Shown here piece by piece: positions 12,035 to 21,352 of a DNA stretch of 64,000 nt (its first letter is position 1; each line of letters begins with the position of its first letter). This DNA comes from Longimicrobiales bacterium (GTDB taxonomy: Bacteria; Gemmatimonadota; Gemmatimonadetes; Longimicrobiales; Gaopeijiaceae). Both the position numbers and the translations under genes were made by a program. The notes under the pieces were generated by a model. That model searched no databases and was not told the DNA's origin. It saw nothing but the letters and a program-made list of their open reading frames with translations. The stretch is taken from NCBI GenBank assembly GCA_041690395.1, contig JAWLHJ010000002.1, positions 388,707 to 452,706 on the forward strand, given 5' to 3'.

Positions 12035-14797
12035 CTACTCCGCGGAAAGGGCTTCGACGGGCGCGACGTGCGCAGCCCGCCACGCCGGGGCCCAGGCGGC
12101 CATGATGGTCACGGCCGCCAGCAACGCGCCCACGCCCACGAACGTCGGGACGTCCAGAGCCTCGACTCCGAAAAGCAGGCTCGACATCAAGCGCGAGAGC
12201 CCCAGGCTGGCGAGCACGCCCAGGCCGACGCCGATGCCGGCGAGGACGGCGCCCTCCAGCAGCACTCCTGCCCAGATCTGGTGACGGGCGGCGCCGAGGG
12301 CGGAGCGCACGCCGAACTCCCTTCGGCGGCTCCCGACGGAGAAGGCCAGCACGCCGCCGATTCCGACCGCGGCGATCACGAGGGCGAGCAAGGCGAGCCC
12401 TCCGAGGAGCAAGGCGTTCAGCCGCCGGGGCGCCACGGACTCCGCCGTCATCCGCTCCAGCGTCGCGACCTGGTCGATCACCTGGCTCGGCTCGCGGGCA
12501 ACGATCGCCTCGCGCACCGCAGGTAGTACGACGGCCGGGTCACCGGCCACCCGCACGACGAGGGAGCCGGTGAACCAGGGCGTCACCTGCCGGTAGGGCA
12601 TGTAGATCGTTCGGAGCACGGGTTCGTCGAGGCCGGCGTCCCGGGTGTCGGCGACCACCCCCACGATGGTGCGCCACTCGGGCGTGATCCCCAGGAACCG
12701 GGCGTTGTCGTCCGTCCAGGCGATACGTCGGCCGATGGGGTCGCCGTCACCGAAGTACCTCCGCGCCACCGATTCGTTGACGACCACGACCTTCTGTGCG
12801 TCCCCGACGTCCGTCGTGACGAACTCCCGGCCCCGGAGAACCTCGATCCCCATCGTCGCGAAGTAGTCGGGCGAAACGACGCGGAAGTCCGCCCGAGGAG
12901 TCGGCGCTCCGGCCACCGGCTCGTGATCCTCGACGTCCATCTCCATCGGCGATCCCACGGCCGCGCCGCCGCGCATGGGCACCGCGCTGGTCAGCGCCGC
13001 TCCCTCGACCCGGGGGAGCGCTGCCACGCCGTCGAGAATGCCGAGCTGGCGGGACTGGAGCTCGGCAGCCGTGCCGCCGGCGCCGAAATCGGCAGGGATG
13101 TTCATGGCGAGAATCGCCTCGGTGTCGAAGCCCGGCTCGATACGGTTCAGCTGCATCATGGTCCTGAGCAGCAGCCCCGCACCGACGAGGAGCACGAAGG
13201 AGGTCGCGATCTGGGCCACCACCAGCGTTCGCTGAGTGCGCCTTGCGCCCGAGCCCGCCGTCGCCCGGGCCCCGCTTCGGGTGAGGATTCCATGTGCGCC
13301 GTCACCGGCCGGGAGCGGCGGGACGAGGGTGAAGAACGCGGAGGCGGCCACGGCCGCCACCAACGCGAATCCAAACGCCGTGCCGTCGAAGGCGATCTCC
13401 GACGCCCGGGACGTGAACCCCTCGGCGAAGCGGATGAGCAGGTCCAGGCTCACGAAGGCGACGAGCAGCCCCAGGGCCGCACCGGCGACCGCCAGGATGA
13501 GGCTCTCGACCAGGAGCGAGCGCCGCAGCGACCTCCGACTGCCCCCGAGCGAGACCCGGATGGTCAGCTCGTGCTCGCGGCGGAGCACCCTCGTCAGCGT
13601 CAGGTTCGCCAGGTTGGCGCAGGCAATGACCAATACGAGGAGCGCGGTGCCCAGGAGTAGCAGAAGGGTCGACCGGGCTCGGGTCGTGAGCTGCGTCTTG
13701 AGCGGGGTGACGGCGACGTTCCAGCCGGAGCCCGCGTCGTACGCCTCGGGAAAGTCGCCGTGGAGCCGCGACATGATGGCCGAGATTTCCGCGCGGGCCG
13801 TCTCGACGGTCGACCCTGGAGCGAGACGGGCGAACACCTCCGTCATCCGATGCGTACGGTCGTGGCTCATCGTGGCGTCGAGGTGGTGCGGACTCGTCGC
13901 CATGTTGACCCAGATCTCGGTCTGCTCGGGATAGGGCGGCGCGGGCTCGGCGACGCCCACGATCGTGGCGCTGCGGCCATTGATCTCGACGGTCTGGCCG
14001 ATTGCTCGCGGATCCCCGCCGAACGCGCTCCGCCAGTACGCGTGGGAGAGGACGATCACCGAGGGGGCGACCGCTCCATCGTCCTCGGGGCCGATGGTGC
14101 GGCCGTGGAGCGCCGACAGGCCCATGACGCCGAAGTAGTTCCCGGTCACGATGCCGGCCCGGACGCGGCGGGGCGTCCCATGGCCGTAGATGGTGAAGTT
14201 CAGCGCCGAGAACTCGGCGACCGCCTCGAAGGACGGGGCGCCCTGCCGGTAATCGTCGATCTCGGGGACCGAGAACAGCACGTTGTCGAGATCGCCCCCT
14301 TCGGCCGACTGGCGGACGTACACGAGACGCTCGCCGTCGGCATGGGGGAGTGGACGCAGCAGCACCGCGTTCACGGTGCTGAACATGGCCGTGTTGGCTC
14401 CGATCCCGAGGCCCAGCGTCACGATGAAGACCAGCGCGTATCCGGGATTCCTGGCCAGTCCGCGTACGGCGTGTCGCACGTCCGTCACCCATGTGTCGAG
14501 CATCATCCCCACCCCTCCTCCGTGTCGTCCCATGTCTACGTTGGTCATCCGCAACCGCGAGCCCGTGATCACTGCATCGCTGACCGCCTCCCACCAGAAG
14601 CGGAGCGCCCCGAGCCGCGTCCGGTACCGCGGCTCCGAGCGCTGAAGCGCCAGGTGGGCGGCCCACTCCGAGCCGAACTGCTTCCTGAATGCCCGCGGAT
14701 AAGCGCGTAGCAGGATACGGAGCGGGACCGAAATGCCGGCGGAATCCCACTCCTCGGTGCCTGTGCCCTCGACCCGTCCGCCCGATGGTTCGCTCAT
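12035..14797 (-). CDS. ADOP-type duplicated ABC permease (module 2)
   Basis: DVRHAVRGLARNPGY...TLGLGIGANTAMFS, LVIACANLANL, EFGVRSALGA; N-terminal YPRAFRKQFG prefix. Confidence 0.92.
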   Translation of the reverse strand: MSEPSGGRVEGTGTEEWDSAGISVPLRILLRAYPRAFRKQFGSEWAAHLALQRSEPRYRTRLGALRFWWEAVSDAVITGSRLRMTNVDMGRHGGGVGMMLDTWVTDVRHAVRGLARNPGYALVFIVTLGLGIGANTAMFSTVNAVLLRPLPHADGERLVYVRQSAEGGDLDNVLFSVPEIDDYRQGAPSFEAVAEFSALNFTIYGHGTPRRVRAGIVTGNYFGVMGLSALHGRTIGPEDDGAVAPSVIVLSHAYWRSAFGGDPRAIGQTVEINGRSATIVGVAEPAPPYPEQTEIWVNMATSPHHLDATMSHDRTHRMTEVFARLAPGSTVETARAEISAIMSRLHGDFPEAYDAGSGWNVAVTPLKTQLTTRARSTLLLLLGTALLVLVIACANLANLTLTRVLRREHELTIRVSLGGSRRSLRRSLLVESLILAVAGAALGLLVAFVSLDLLIRFAEGFTSRASEIAFDGTAFGFALVAAVAASAFFTLVPPLPAGDGAHGILTRSGARATAGSGARRTQRTLVVAQIATSFVLLVGAGLLLRTMMQLNRIEPGFDTEAILAMNIPADFGAGGTAAELQSRQLGILDGVAALPRVEGAALTSAVPMRGGAAVGSPMEMDVEDHEPVAGAPTPRADFRVVSPDYFATMGIEVLRGREFVTTDVGDAQKVVVVNESVARRYFGDGDPIGRRIAWTDDNARFLGITPEWRTIVGVVADTRDAGLDEPVLRTIYMPYRQVTPWFTGSLVVRVAGDPAVVLPAVREAIVAREPSQVIDQVATLERMTAESVAPRRLNALLLGGLALLALVIAAVGIGGVLAFSVGSRRREFGVRSALGAARHQIWAGVLLEGAVLAGIGVGLGVLASLGLSRLMSSLLFGVEALDVPTFVGVGALLAAVTIMAAWAPAWRAAHVAPVEALSAE

Positions 14798-14807
14798 CGT
14801 TCGATGT

Positions 14808-15179
14808 TCAACTGTGGCGACCGATGGCTGGGCCCGATGCCGGGAGGATCGCGCGCGCCGCGGCGAGATCGGATTCGAGGCGGGCGATCTCGCGTTTCAG
14901 AACCGTTCGCCCAACCGGCGTGATCGTGTAGAAGCGCCAGCGCGTGTTGGGCTCGTTTTCGAGGTCTTCGGGAGGATCCGTTTCCTCGATCTGCCCGTCG
15001 TCGCTCATCCGCTGCAGAGCCGCATACAACGTCCCGGCCCGGAGCAGGACCGCGCCGTCCGTCCGCTCCTCGACCATTCGCTTGATGTGGTAGCCGTGGG
15101 CGACCTCCTGCTCGAGACTGAGCAGGATGTGGAAGGTCGTCGGCGTGAGCGGCGGAGGCGCTCGGTCTTCGTCCGGCAT
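14808..15179 (-). CDS. PadR family transcriptional regulator
   Basis: PLTPTTFHILLSL...HGYHI...GTLYAALQRM...RFYTITPVG; start placed at MPDED. Confidence 0.9.
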   Translation of the reverse strand: MPDEDRAPPPLTPTTFHILLSLEQEVAHGYHIKRMVEERTDGAVLLRAGTLYAALQRMSDDGQIEETDPPEDLENEPNTRWRFYTITPVGRTVLKREIARLESDLAAARAILPASGPAIGRHS

Positions 15180-15216
15180 GGTTACGATCTCTGGCCCGGG
15201 AGTTCGTCGTCGAAGC

Positions 15217-15244
15217 ATTATCGACGATCGATTACCGACGATCT
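15217..15244. promoter_or_regulatory. Putative PadR operator (tandem sites)
   Basis: 14-bp tandem ATTATCGACGATCG / ATTACCGACGATCT containing the palindrome ATCGA-CGA-TCGAT (15220-15232), upstream of padR-2. Confidence 0.6.
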
Positions 15245-15283
15245 ATAACCCGGAGCGATTCCCCGCGTCAAGAGCCTTGTCCC

Positions 15284-17974
15284 TCACTCCGCCCCCAACA
15301 CCTCCGCCACGTCCATCGACGTCGCCCGTCGCGCGGGACCCAGCGTAGCGAGTGTCCCGGTCAGCAGCAGCGTCGCCGCGACCACCGCGTACGCCACCGG
15401 GTCGCGGGGCTGGTATCCCATGAACCGGCCCCCGAACGCGGGCGCGACGAGCAGCGAGAGACCCAGCCCGAGCGCGAGCCCCACGACGATCTGGAGGGCG
15501 CCTCCGCGCACGGCGGTCCAGACGAGCGCCCCTGGCCGGGCCCCGAGCGCGGACCGGATGCCGAGCTCGCGCACGCGGCGGCCGACCGTAAACGCGGTGA
15601 GGCCGTAGAGGCCCACCGCAGCCAGCACGAGACCGGCGATGCCGAAGAACGTGAACAGCGTGGCGAACAGGCTCTCCATGTCGCGGTTCGCCTGGATCGC
15701 CGAGCGGAGGGAGCGGGGCTCGGAGAGCGCGACGTCGGCGTCCAGCGCGGCGAGGGCACCACGCGCGGCCGGTACCAGCGCCCCGGGCTCGGTGCCGGAG
15801 CGGCTCCGGGTCAGGAGGTGTACGGTCCGCGGGGGCTCGGCAGCGAGGGGCAGGTAGATGCCGGTGTCGTCCGGGTCGAGCCCGCCGTTCATGCCGAGGC
15901 TCGGCACCACCCCGACGATCGTGGCCCAGCGCGCATCCGCGGCGGCCGGGTCCTCACCCTCGTCGGGGGCGACGCGCACCCGCGTGCCGATAGGGTCCGC
16001 GCCGTCCATGTGCCGCCGCACGAACGGCTCGTTGACGAGCGCGACGAGGGGCTCCTCCTGCCCGTCCGACCACCGAAAGTCCCGGCCACGCACCGGCGCG
16101 ACGCCGAGCACGTCGAGGTACCCGGGCGCGATCCGGGCGAGATGGGTCCGGGGTCGGTCCTCCGGCCGCTCGTACCCGGTGCCCTCGACCTCCACATCCT
16201 CGAGGAGCGAGTAGACGCCGGGCAGGTGCGAGGCGAGGCTTGCGGCGGCGACGTCCGGCCGGGCGGCGACGTCGTCGAGCAGGTCGCGATGGAAGGCACG
16301 CATGGCGTCGCCGTCCGGATACGCGTCGGCCCGCAGCTCGTAGCTGCCGGTGAGCACGGACGCGGTCTGGTAGCCGGCCTCGACCTCGAGGTTCCGGAGC
16401 GCGCCCCGCGTGAGCAGTCCGGCCACGACGAGGAGCGTACATGTGAGCGCGACCTCCATGACCACGAGGCCGCCGGTGGCGCGGGCGATGCCCTTCCCCG
16501 TCGACGAGCCGCGCGCGCCGGATTGGAGCGGGCCTGCCACGTCGAGCCGCCGGGTGTGGAGCGCGGGAAGGACGGCGGTGAACAGTGCGGCGCAGCCCAC
16601 GAGACCGAACGCGAACAGGACGACCACAGGGTCGAGGCGGATCTCCATCCACCAGGAGATTCGGGGCGCCATGGCATCGGCGAGCCAGCGGACGCCGACC
16701 GCGGCGGCCCCGACGCCGAGCAGGCCACCGATCACGGCCAGCATTCCGGCCTCGGCCAGGTGCTGGCGGACAATCCTCCAGCGCCCGGACCCGAGCGCCA
16801 GCCTGACGGCCGTGGCGCGCCGGCGGGTGAGCGCGCGCGCCAGGAAGAGGTGCGCGACGTTGGCGCACGCAATGACGAGCACGAACGACACGATCACGAG
16901 CATGGCGAGGAGCATGCGGCGGCCGTTGCGGTCGATGGCGCGCTCGCTCCAGAGGGCCGCGTCGAGCCCGCCCCGGACCTCGGCGCCGATGATGCCGGCG
17001 TCGCGGAGGCCGGCCATGACCGACGTGGTCCGTTCGCGCAGCGCGTCCAACGAGGCGCCGTCCGCGAGCCGTCCGATCAGCTCGGCGAAGCGGTACGCGT
17101 CCGGATGCTCCACGTCGAGCGGCAGCCACAGGTCGACGCCGTCGGGGAACGCGAACCGGGGAGGCATGACGCCGACGACCGTATGCGGCCGACCGTCGAC
17201 GCGCAGCGTCCGTCCGAGCACGTCGGGGTCGCTCGCGAAGCGTGCGCGCCATAGGGCGTCGGACAGGATCACGGTCGGCTGGCCGGTGGCACCGCCCGCG
17301 TCGTCCGCAGCAAACGTGCGCCCGAGCGCGGGACCGACCTCCAGGGTGGAGAAGACCCCGGGCGTCACCGCGGCGGCACGACGCCGTTCGGGAAAGCCCT
17401 CCTCACCGCTGATGTCGTGCTGGGCTTCGTTGAACAATCCGAGCGTGGAGAGCTCCGGGACGGCGCCGTCGTCGATGAACGGTCGGAGCACCTCGAAGCC
17501 CGCGCCACGCACGATGGTCGGCGTGTATCGCCACCCCACCTGCACCAGCTCGTCGGGCTCGGGGACCGGCAGATCGCGCGTGACGCCGAGAAGGAGGGAG
17601 AACATGAGGGTCGGCGCCGCGACACCGATGCCGAGCGCGAGCACGGTGAGCACGGACATCCCGGGCGTCTTCGCCGCGCTCCGGATCGCCAGCCGCAGGT
17701 CGTCCCACGGCAACAGCGGCGGAGTGCGCCGGGGCCGCGGGGGTGCGCCCACCGGGCGCTCGCCGGGCAGGTGACGGCGCACGAACAGGTAGCGCGCGCC
17801 GACCCGGAGGCACTCTCTCCCGTACCAGAGGTCGCGGGCGAGGCCGGCGGGCCGCGCGTGCCATTCCTCCATGAGGTCGCCGACGATGCTCCGGCCCCGA
17901 CGGTCGCCGGGTAGCAGGGCGCGCAGCACGCGGGTGGCGAAGCGGGGCGGTCCACCCCTCCCGCCCCGGCTCAT
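15284..17974 (-). CDS. ADOP-type duplicated ABC permease (module 3)
   Basis: Start MSRGGRGGPPRFA overlaps the PadR stop (ATGA); LVIACANVAHL, ELGIRSALGA. Confidence 0.92.
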   Translation of the reverse strand: MSRGGRGGPPRFATRVLRALLPGDRRGRSIVGDLMEEWHARPAGLARDLWYGRECLRVGARYLFVRRHLPGERPVGAPPRPRRTPPLLPWDDLRLAIRSAAKTPGMSVLTVLALGIGVAAPTLMFSLLLGVTRDLPVPEPDELVQVGWRYTPTIVRGAGFEVLRPFIDDGAVPELSTLGLFNEAQHDISGEEGFPERRRAAAVTPGVFSTLEVGPALGRTFAADDAGGATGQPTVILSDALWRARFASDPDVLGRTLRVDGRPHTVVGVMPPRFAFPDGVDLWLPLDVEHPDAYRFAELIGRLADGASLDALRERTTSVMAGLRDAGIIGAEVRGGLDAALWSERAIDRNGRRMLLAMLVIVSFVLVIACANVAHLFLARALTRRRATAVRLALGSGRWRIVRQHLAEAGMLAVIGGLLGVGAAAVGVRWLADAMAPRISWWMEIRLDPVVVLFAFGLVGCAALFTAVLPALHTRRLDVAGPLQSGARGSSTGKGIARATGGLVVMEVALTCTLLVVAGLLTRGALRNLEVEAGYQTASVLTGSYELRADAYPDGDAMRAFHRDLLDDVAARPDVAAASLASHLPGVYSLLEDVEVEGTGYERPEDRPRTHLARIAPGYLDVLGVAPVRGRDFRWSDGQEEPLVALVNEPFVRRHMDGADPIGTRVRVAPDEGEDPAAADARWATIVGVVPSLGMNGGLDPDDTGIYLPLAAEPPRTVHLLTRSRSGTEPGALVPAARGALAALDADVALSEPRSLRSAIQANRDMESLFATLFTFFGIAGLVLAAVGLYGLTAFTVGRRVRELGIRSALGARPGALVWTAVRGGALQIVVGLALGLGLSLLVAPAFGGRFMGYQPRDPVAYAVVAATLLLTGTLATLGPARRATSMDVAEVLGAE

Positions 17975-18309
17975 CCGAGCGCCTCGCCGACGCGCGCCCA
18001 GAGCCCCTCCAGCGTCTCCTTCGACGCCTGCAGCACGTCGAGCCCCTCCCGAGAGACGCAGAAGCGCCGCCTGGGATGCCCGCCCCGTTCCGGCACATCC
18101 TCGTCGTCCAGGGCCCAGTCGACCCACCCTTTGTCCTCCAGGCGGTCGAGCGTGCGGTAGAGCGCGCCCCTCGACACGGACCGGCCAGCGATCTCCTCCA
18201 TGCGCTCACGCAGCGCAAGGGCGGGGGCGTCGCCCTCCTCTCGACTCACGTCGAGCAGCGCGAGCAGCACGAGCTGCTCGAACTCACCGAGGAATACGGG
18301 TGTGGGCAT
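17971..18309 (-). CDS. PadR family transcriptional regulator
   Basis: MPTPVFLGEFEQLVLLALL...GALYRTLDRLEDKG...GGHPRR. Confidence 0.9.
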   Translation of the reverse strand: MPTPVFLGEFEQLVLLALLDVSREEGDAPALALRERMEEIAGRSVSRGALYRTLDRLEDKGWVDWALDDEDVPERGGHPRRRFCVSREGLDVLQASKETLEGLWARVGEALG

Positions 18310-18356
18310 GGCGCTGACTTCCAGGACGCGGGGGATCGGACCTCTCACCCATCGAA

Positions 18357-18371
18357 GTCTACTATGGAGAC
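18357..18371. promoter_or_regulatory. Putative PadR operator
   Basis: GTCTAC-TAT-GGAGAC, a palindrome with one mismatch, upstream of padR-3. Confidence 0.55.
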
Positions 18372-18403
18372 ATCGAGGCGCGCCAGAGGGGCCGTGTACC
18401 CGG

Positions 18404-19942
18404 CTAGTCGAACTCGCCCACGGCCCTCTTCACGCACTCCGCGATGAACGCCGCGAAGGGCTCGATCCTTTGCTCCACGCTCGCTGCTTCGAGCGCCGAC
18501 ATGTAGTTCGCCCGCTCCTCAGTGCGAATCACCGTCCACGGGTAGCCGCCCGAGGCCAGCATGGCGTTCATGACGAACCGAGCCACGCGACCGTTCCCGT
18601 CCGGGAAGGGATGGATGTATCCGAACAACCAATGGCCGAGCACGGCACGGACGGCGGGGTGGCTCTCCTGCTCCATGAGGTCGAACAGCGCGGGCATCGC
18701 CTCACGGACGGTCTCTGGCCTGGGAGGCACGTGCCGCGAATCCTGGATGTACACCGCACTCGTCCGGTAGCCCGCGAGCTGGGCTGCCTCGAGGAGGCCT
18801 GCCGTGACGGCCGGCTGAAAGAGGTCGCGATACCACGCCCGGTGCTGCTCCCGCGCAACTGCCGCGGCGGACGTCGGAGCACTCAGGACCTCCCCGATCG
18901 CTTCCCTCACGCGCTGGAAAGTCAGCCAGTACCCACGCGCGGCCAGGGCGTCCCGGCTCTCCCGGTCCTGCAGATTATCCGCCGGATTCCAGGCTCCGGC
19001 ACGGACCCGCTCGACGAGCTCGGCGGTGACGCGATATCCCTCGATGGAGAGGGAGTGGTACGCGTCTCGATCGTACATGGCGTCGACCCGCTCCAGGTAG
19101 ACGTCCGGCGTCGGAACGCCTGGCGGATCGGGGAAGACCTCGGCCACCGGTCCCCGCATGGCCTCCCACATCCCCTGCATGCGGGCGACGACGGCCGGCG
19201 TGCGCGCCCGGATCTCGGGCAGGTGTCGATCCGCCTCGAAGGGGTCGCTCTCCCGCACCCGATACCCGGCCTGCGACATCGTGTCCGCGATCTCGTCGGC
19301 CATCCCGGTACGACCGATCCGGCGAAGGGCCCCCGAGAGGCGCCCGGCGACGACGCTGTGATCCCCCTCCAGGAGGATGGTCAGGAGGTCGGAGGCGTCG
19401 CGGACGCTCGAGAGAGCGACCTGTGCCTCGACCGGCCGCTGTTGGTAGAAGCTCGGCTGGATGCGTACGAGGCACGCCGGGATCGTCAGTAGCCGCAGCC
19501 CTTCCGTCTCGGTCAGAAACCGCTTCTCAGGGAGGGCGTCCACGCCGTAGTCGAACAGGCTCGTCCCGGAGGGGAGCTCGACCGTGTTGTTGGACCCTGC
19601 GAGCGCGTGGACGACGACCTGTCGTGGCACGTCCATCGCCTCGGCCTGCAGCAGGAGAGAGAGTTCGGGGGACAGATACCATTCCTCTCCGAAACGCGCC
19701 TCGCAGTAGCGGCTGCAGAACTCCCAGAAGGACGCGTACCACGCGGTCGTGCCACCCGGGCGCCCGGACGGGTCCGTCGCCATCCACCAGCCGCGGACGA
19801 CCGGTGCGAGGAAGCCTGCCGCCTTCAGACGGTCCCGATGAGTGCGGGAGAGCTCATCCGACGCGAAGACACGTGCACCATCCCTCTGCAGATCGGCAAG
19901 GACCCCCAGGGACTCGGCCAGCTTCTCGTTCGGTGAACGCAT
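18404..19942 (-). CDS. Fic domain protein with long N-terminal extension
   Basis: Canonical HPFPDGNGRVAR motif; inhibitory-type SLSIEG motif upstream of it; probable start MRSPNEKLAESL. Confidence 0.9.
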   Translation of the reverse strand: MRSPNEKLAESLGVLADLQRDGARVFASDELSRTHRDRLKAAGFLAPVVRGWWMATDPSGRPGGTTAWYASFWEFCSRYCEARFGEEWYLSPELSLLLQAEAMDVPRQVVVHALAGSNNTVELPSGTSLFDYGVDALPEKRFLTETEGLRLLTIPACLVRIQPSFYQQRPVEAQVALSSVRDASDLLTILLEGDHSVVAGRLSGALRRIGRTGMADEIADTMSQAGYRVRESDPFEADRHLPEIRARTPAVVARMQGMWEAMRGPVAEVFPDPPGVPTPDVYLERVDAMYDRDAYHSLSIEGYRVTAELVERVRAGAWNPADNLQDRESRDALAARGYWLTFQRVREAIGEVLSAPTSAAAVAREQHRAWYRDLFQPAVTAGLLEAAQLAGYRTSAVYIQDSRHVPPRPETVREAMPALFDLMEQESHPAVRAVLGHWLFGYIHPFPDGNGRVARFVMNAMLASGGYPWTVIRTEERANYMSALEAASVEQRIEPFAAFIAECVKRAVGEFD

Positions 19943-20074
19943 CAGGGTCGACCTCGATCCTCGCGATGGCATGATCGCACGTGTTTGCCGTGGCACCATC
20001 TCACGTTTCTGCTGTGGCATGATTACAAGTGTATACTGCAGTCGCTCCGATCGCTACTCCGACCTACGAACGAC

Positions 20075-21352
20075 TCACACGATCCCCAGCCACACGATCA
20101 CCGCCGCGTAGAAGATGCCGGCGATCCCCACGGCGAAGAGCTGGCGGAACAGCCGCTCCCGGTCGACGCCGAACCCCGCCGACGCCACGGCCAGCGCGCC
20201 GAGCGTCGAGATGGGGCTGTTCGTCACCATGTGCGCGCCCATGACGATGGACGAGATGATGCGGGTGGAGTCGCCCCCGGTCTCGGCCACCAGCCCCGGT
20301 ACCGTCGGGATGAGCGTGGGCAGCACGACGCCCGACGCGCTCGACACGAGCGACAGCGTGCCACCGATAAGCGCCATGACCGGCCCCGCGGTGCGCTCGT
20401 TCATGATGCGCGTGAAGCCGTCGGCAAGGAGATCGATTCCGCCGGCCTGCTCGGCCACGTTCACCAACACGGTCACGCCGCAGACGAGCATGATGGTCAC
20501 CCAGGGGATGGCCTGGAACGCCTCGACCTCCTTGGCGGCGCGGAGGAACAGGAGGACCACGGCGCCGGCGAAGGCGGTCAGGCCGATGTCCCAGCCCAGC
20601 CCGACGATGCACGCGACGACCACGAGCAGCACCGCGACCGTCGTCTTCTGGGCGCGGTCGAGCCCCGCCGCCTCGGCCACCCGGGCCCCACCGGCGCCCG
20701 CGTCACCCTCGGCCGCCCCTGCGCCCGCGCCAGCCGCGACGCGGTCCCTCCGCTCCAGCCGGTGCCCCTTCAGGAAGAAGTAGAGGATGACCGCCAGGAT
20801 GCTCTGCCCGATGATCTGCTTCATGAAGATCGGGCCCGCGATGTCGAAGCCCTGCTCGGCGCTCAGCGTGTTGGCGATGATGCCGGTCGGCGCCAGCGGC
20901 GAGAGCCCTCCTGCGTTGGATCCGGCGATGACCATGGTGGCCATGAGCAGCGGAGAGATCCGGTGATCGACCGCGACGGTGAGGGCGATGGGCAGCACGA
21001 TGGCGCACACCACGATGTTGCCCGCGCCGACCGCGGCGAGCACGCCCGCCATGAGGAAGAAGGCCGGGGGGATCAGGCGGGTCTCGCCCACCGTGGCCGC
21101 CACCGCGCGCTCCGCGAGGATGGCGAGCGTGCCGTTCACGCGCGCGATGCCGAAGAGCAGCGTCATGCCGAGGAGCATGAAGAAGAGCCCGAGGGGCCAT
21201 CCCCCGACGATGTCCCCGCCGGGCATGCCGACCATGAAGCGCCCGATGACGAACGCGAACGCGATGCTCACGAGTCCGACGTTGACGCGCCCGAGCGTGC
21301 CCACGGCGATCGCCACGACGATGGCCGCGAGGGAGAGGGCGGCGGCGATCAC
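20075..21352 (-). CDS. MatC-like dicarboxylate carrier (SLC13/IT superfamily)
   Basis: Multi-TM protein; VNVGL, LGMTLLFGIARVNGTL, GGLSPLAPTG, SPISTLGAL; GTG start overlaps the upstream stop (GTGA). Confidence 0.85.
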   Translation of the reverse strand: MIAAALSLAAIVVAIAVGTLGRVNVGLVSIAFAFVIGRFMVGMPGGDIVGGWPLGLFFMLLGMTLLFGIARVNGTLAILAERAVAATVGETRLIPPAFFLMAGVLAAVGAGNIVVCAIVLPIALTVAVDHRISPLLMATMVIAGSNAGGLSPLAPTGIIANTLSAEQGFDIAGPIFMKQIIGQSILAVILYFFLKGHRLERRDRVAAGAGAGAAEGDAGAGGARVAEAAGLDRAQKTTVAVLLVVVACIVGLGWDIGLTAFAGAVVLLFLRAAKEVEAFQAIPWVTIMLVCGVTVLVNVAEQAGGIDLLADGFTRIMNERTAGPVMALIGGTLSLVSSASGVVLPTLIPTVPGLVAETGGDSTRIISSIVMGAHMVTNSPISTLGALAVASAGFGVDRERLFRQLFAVGIAGIFYAAVIVWLGIV

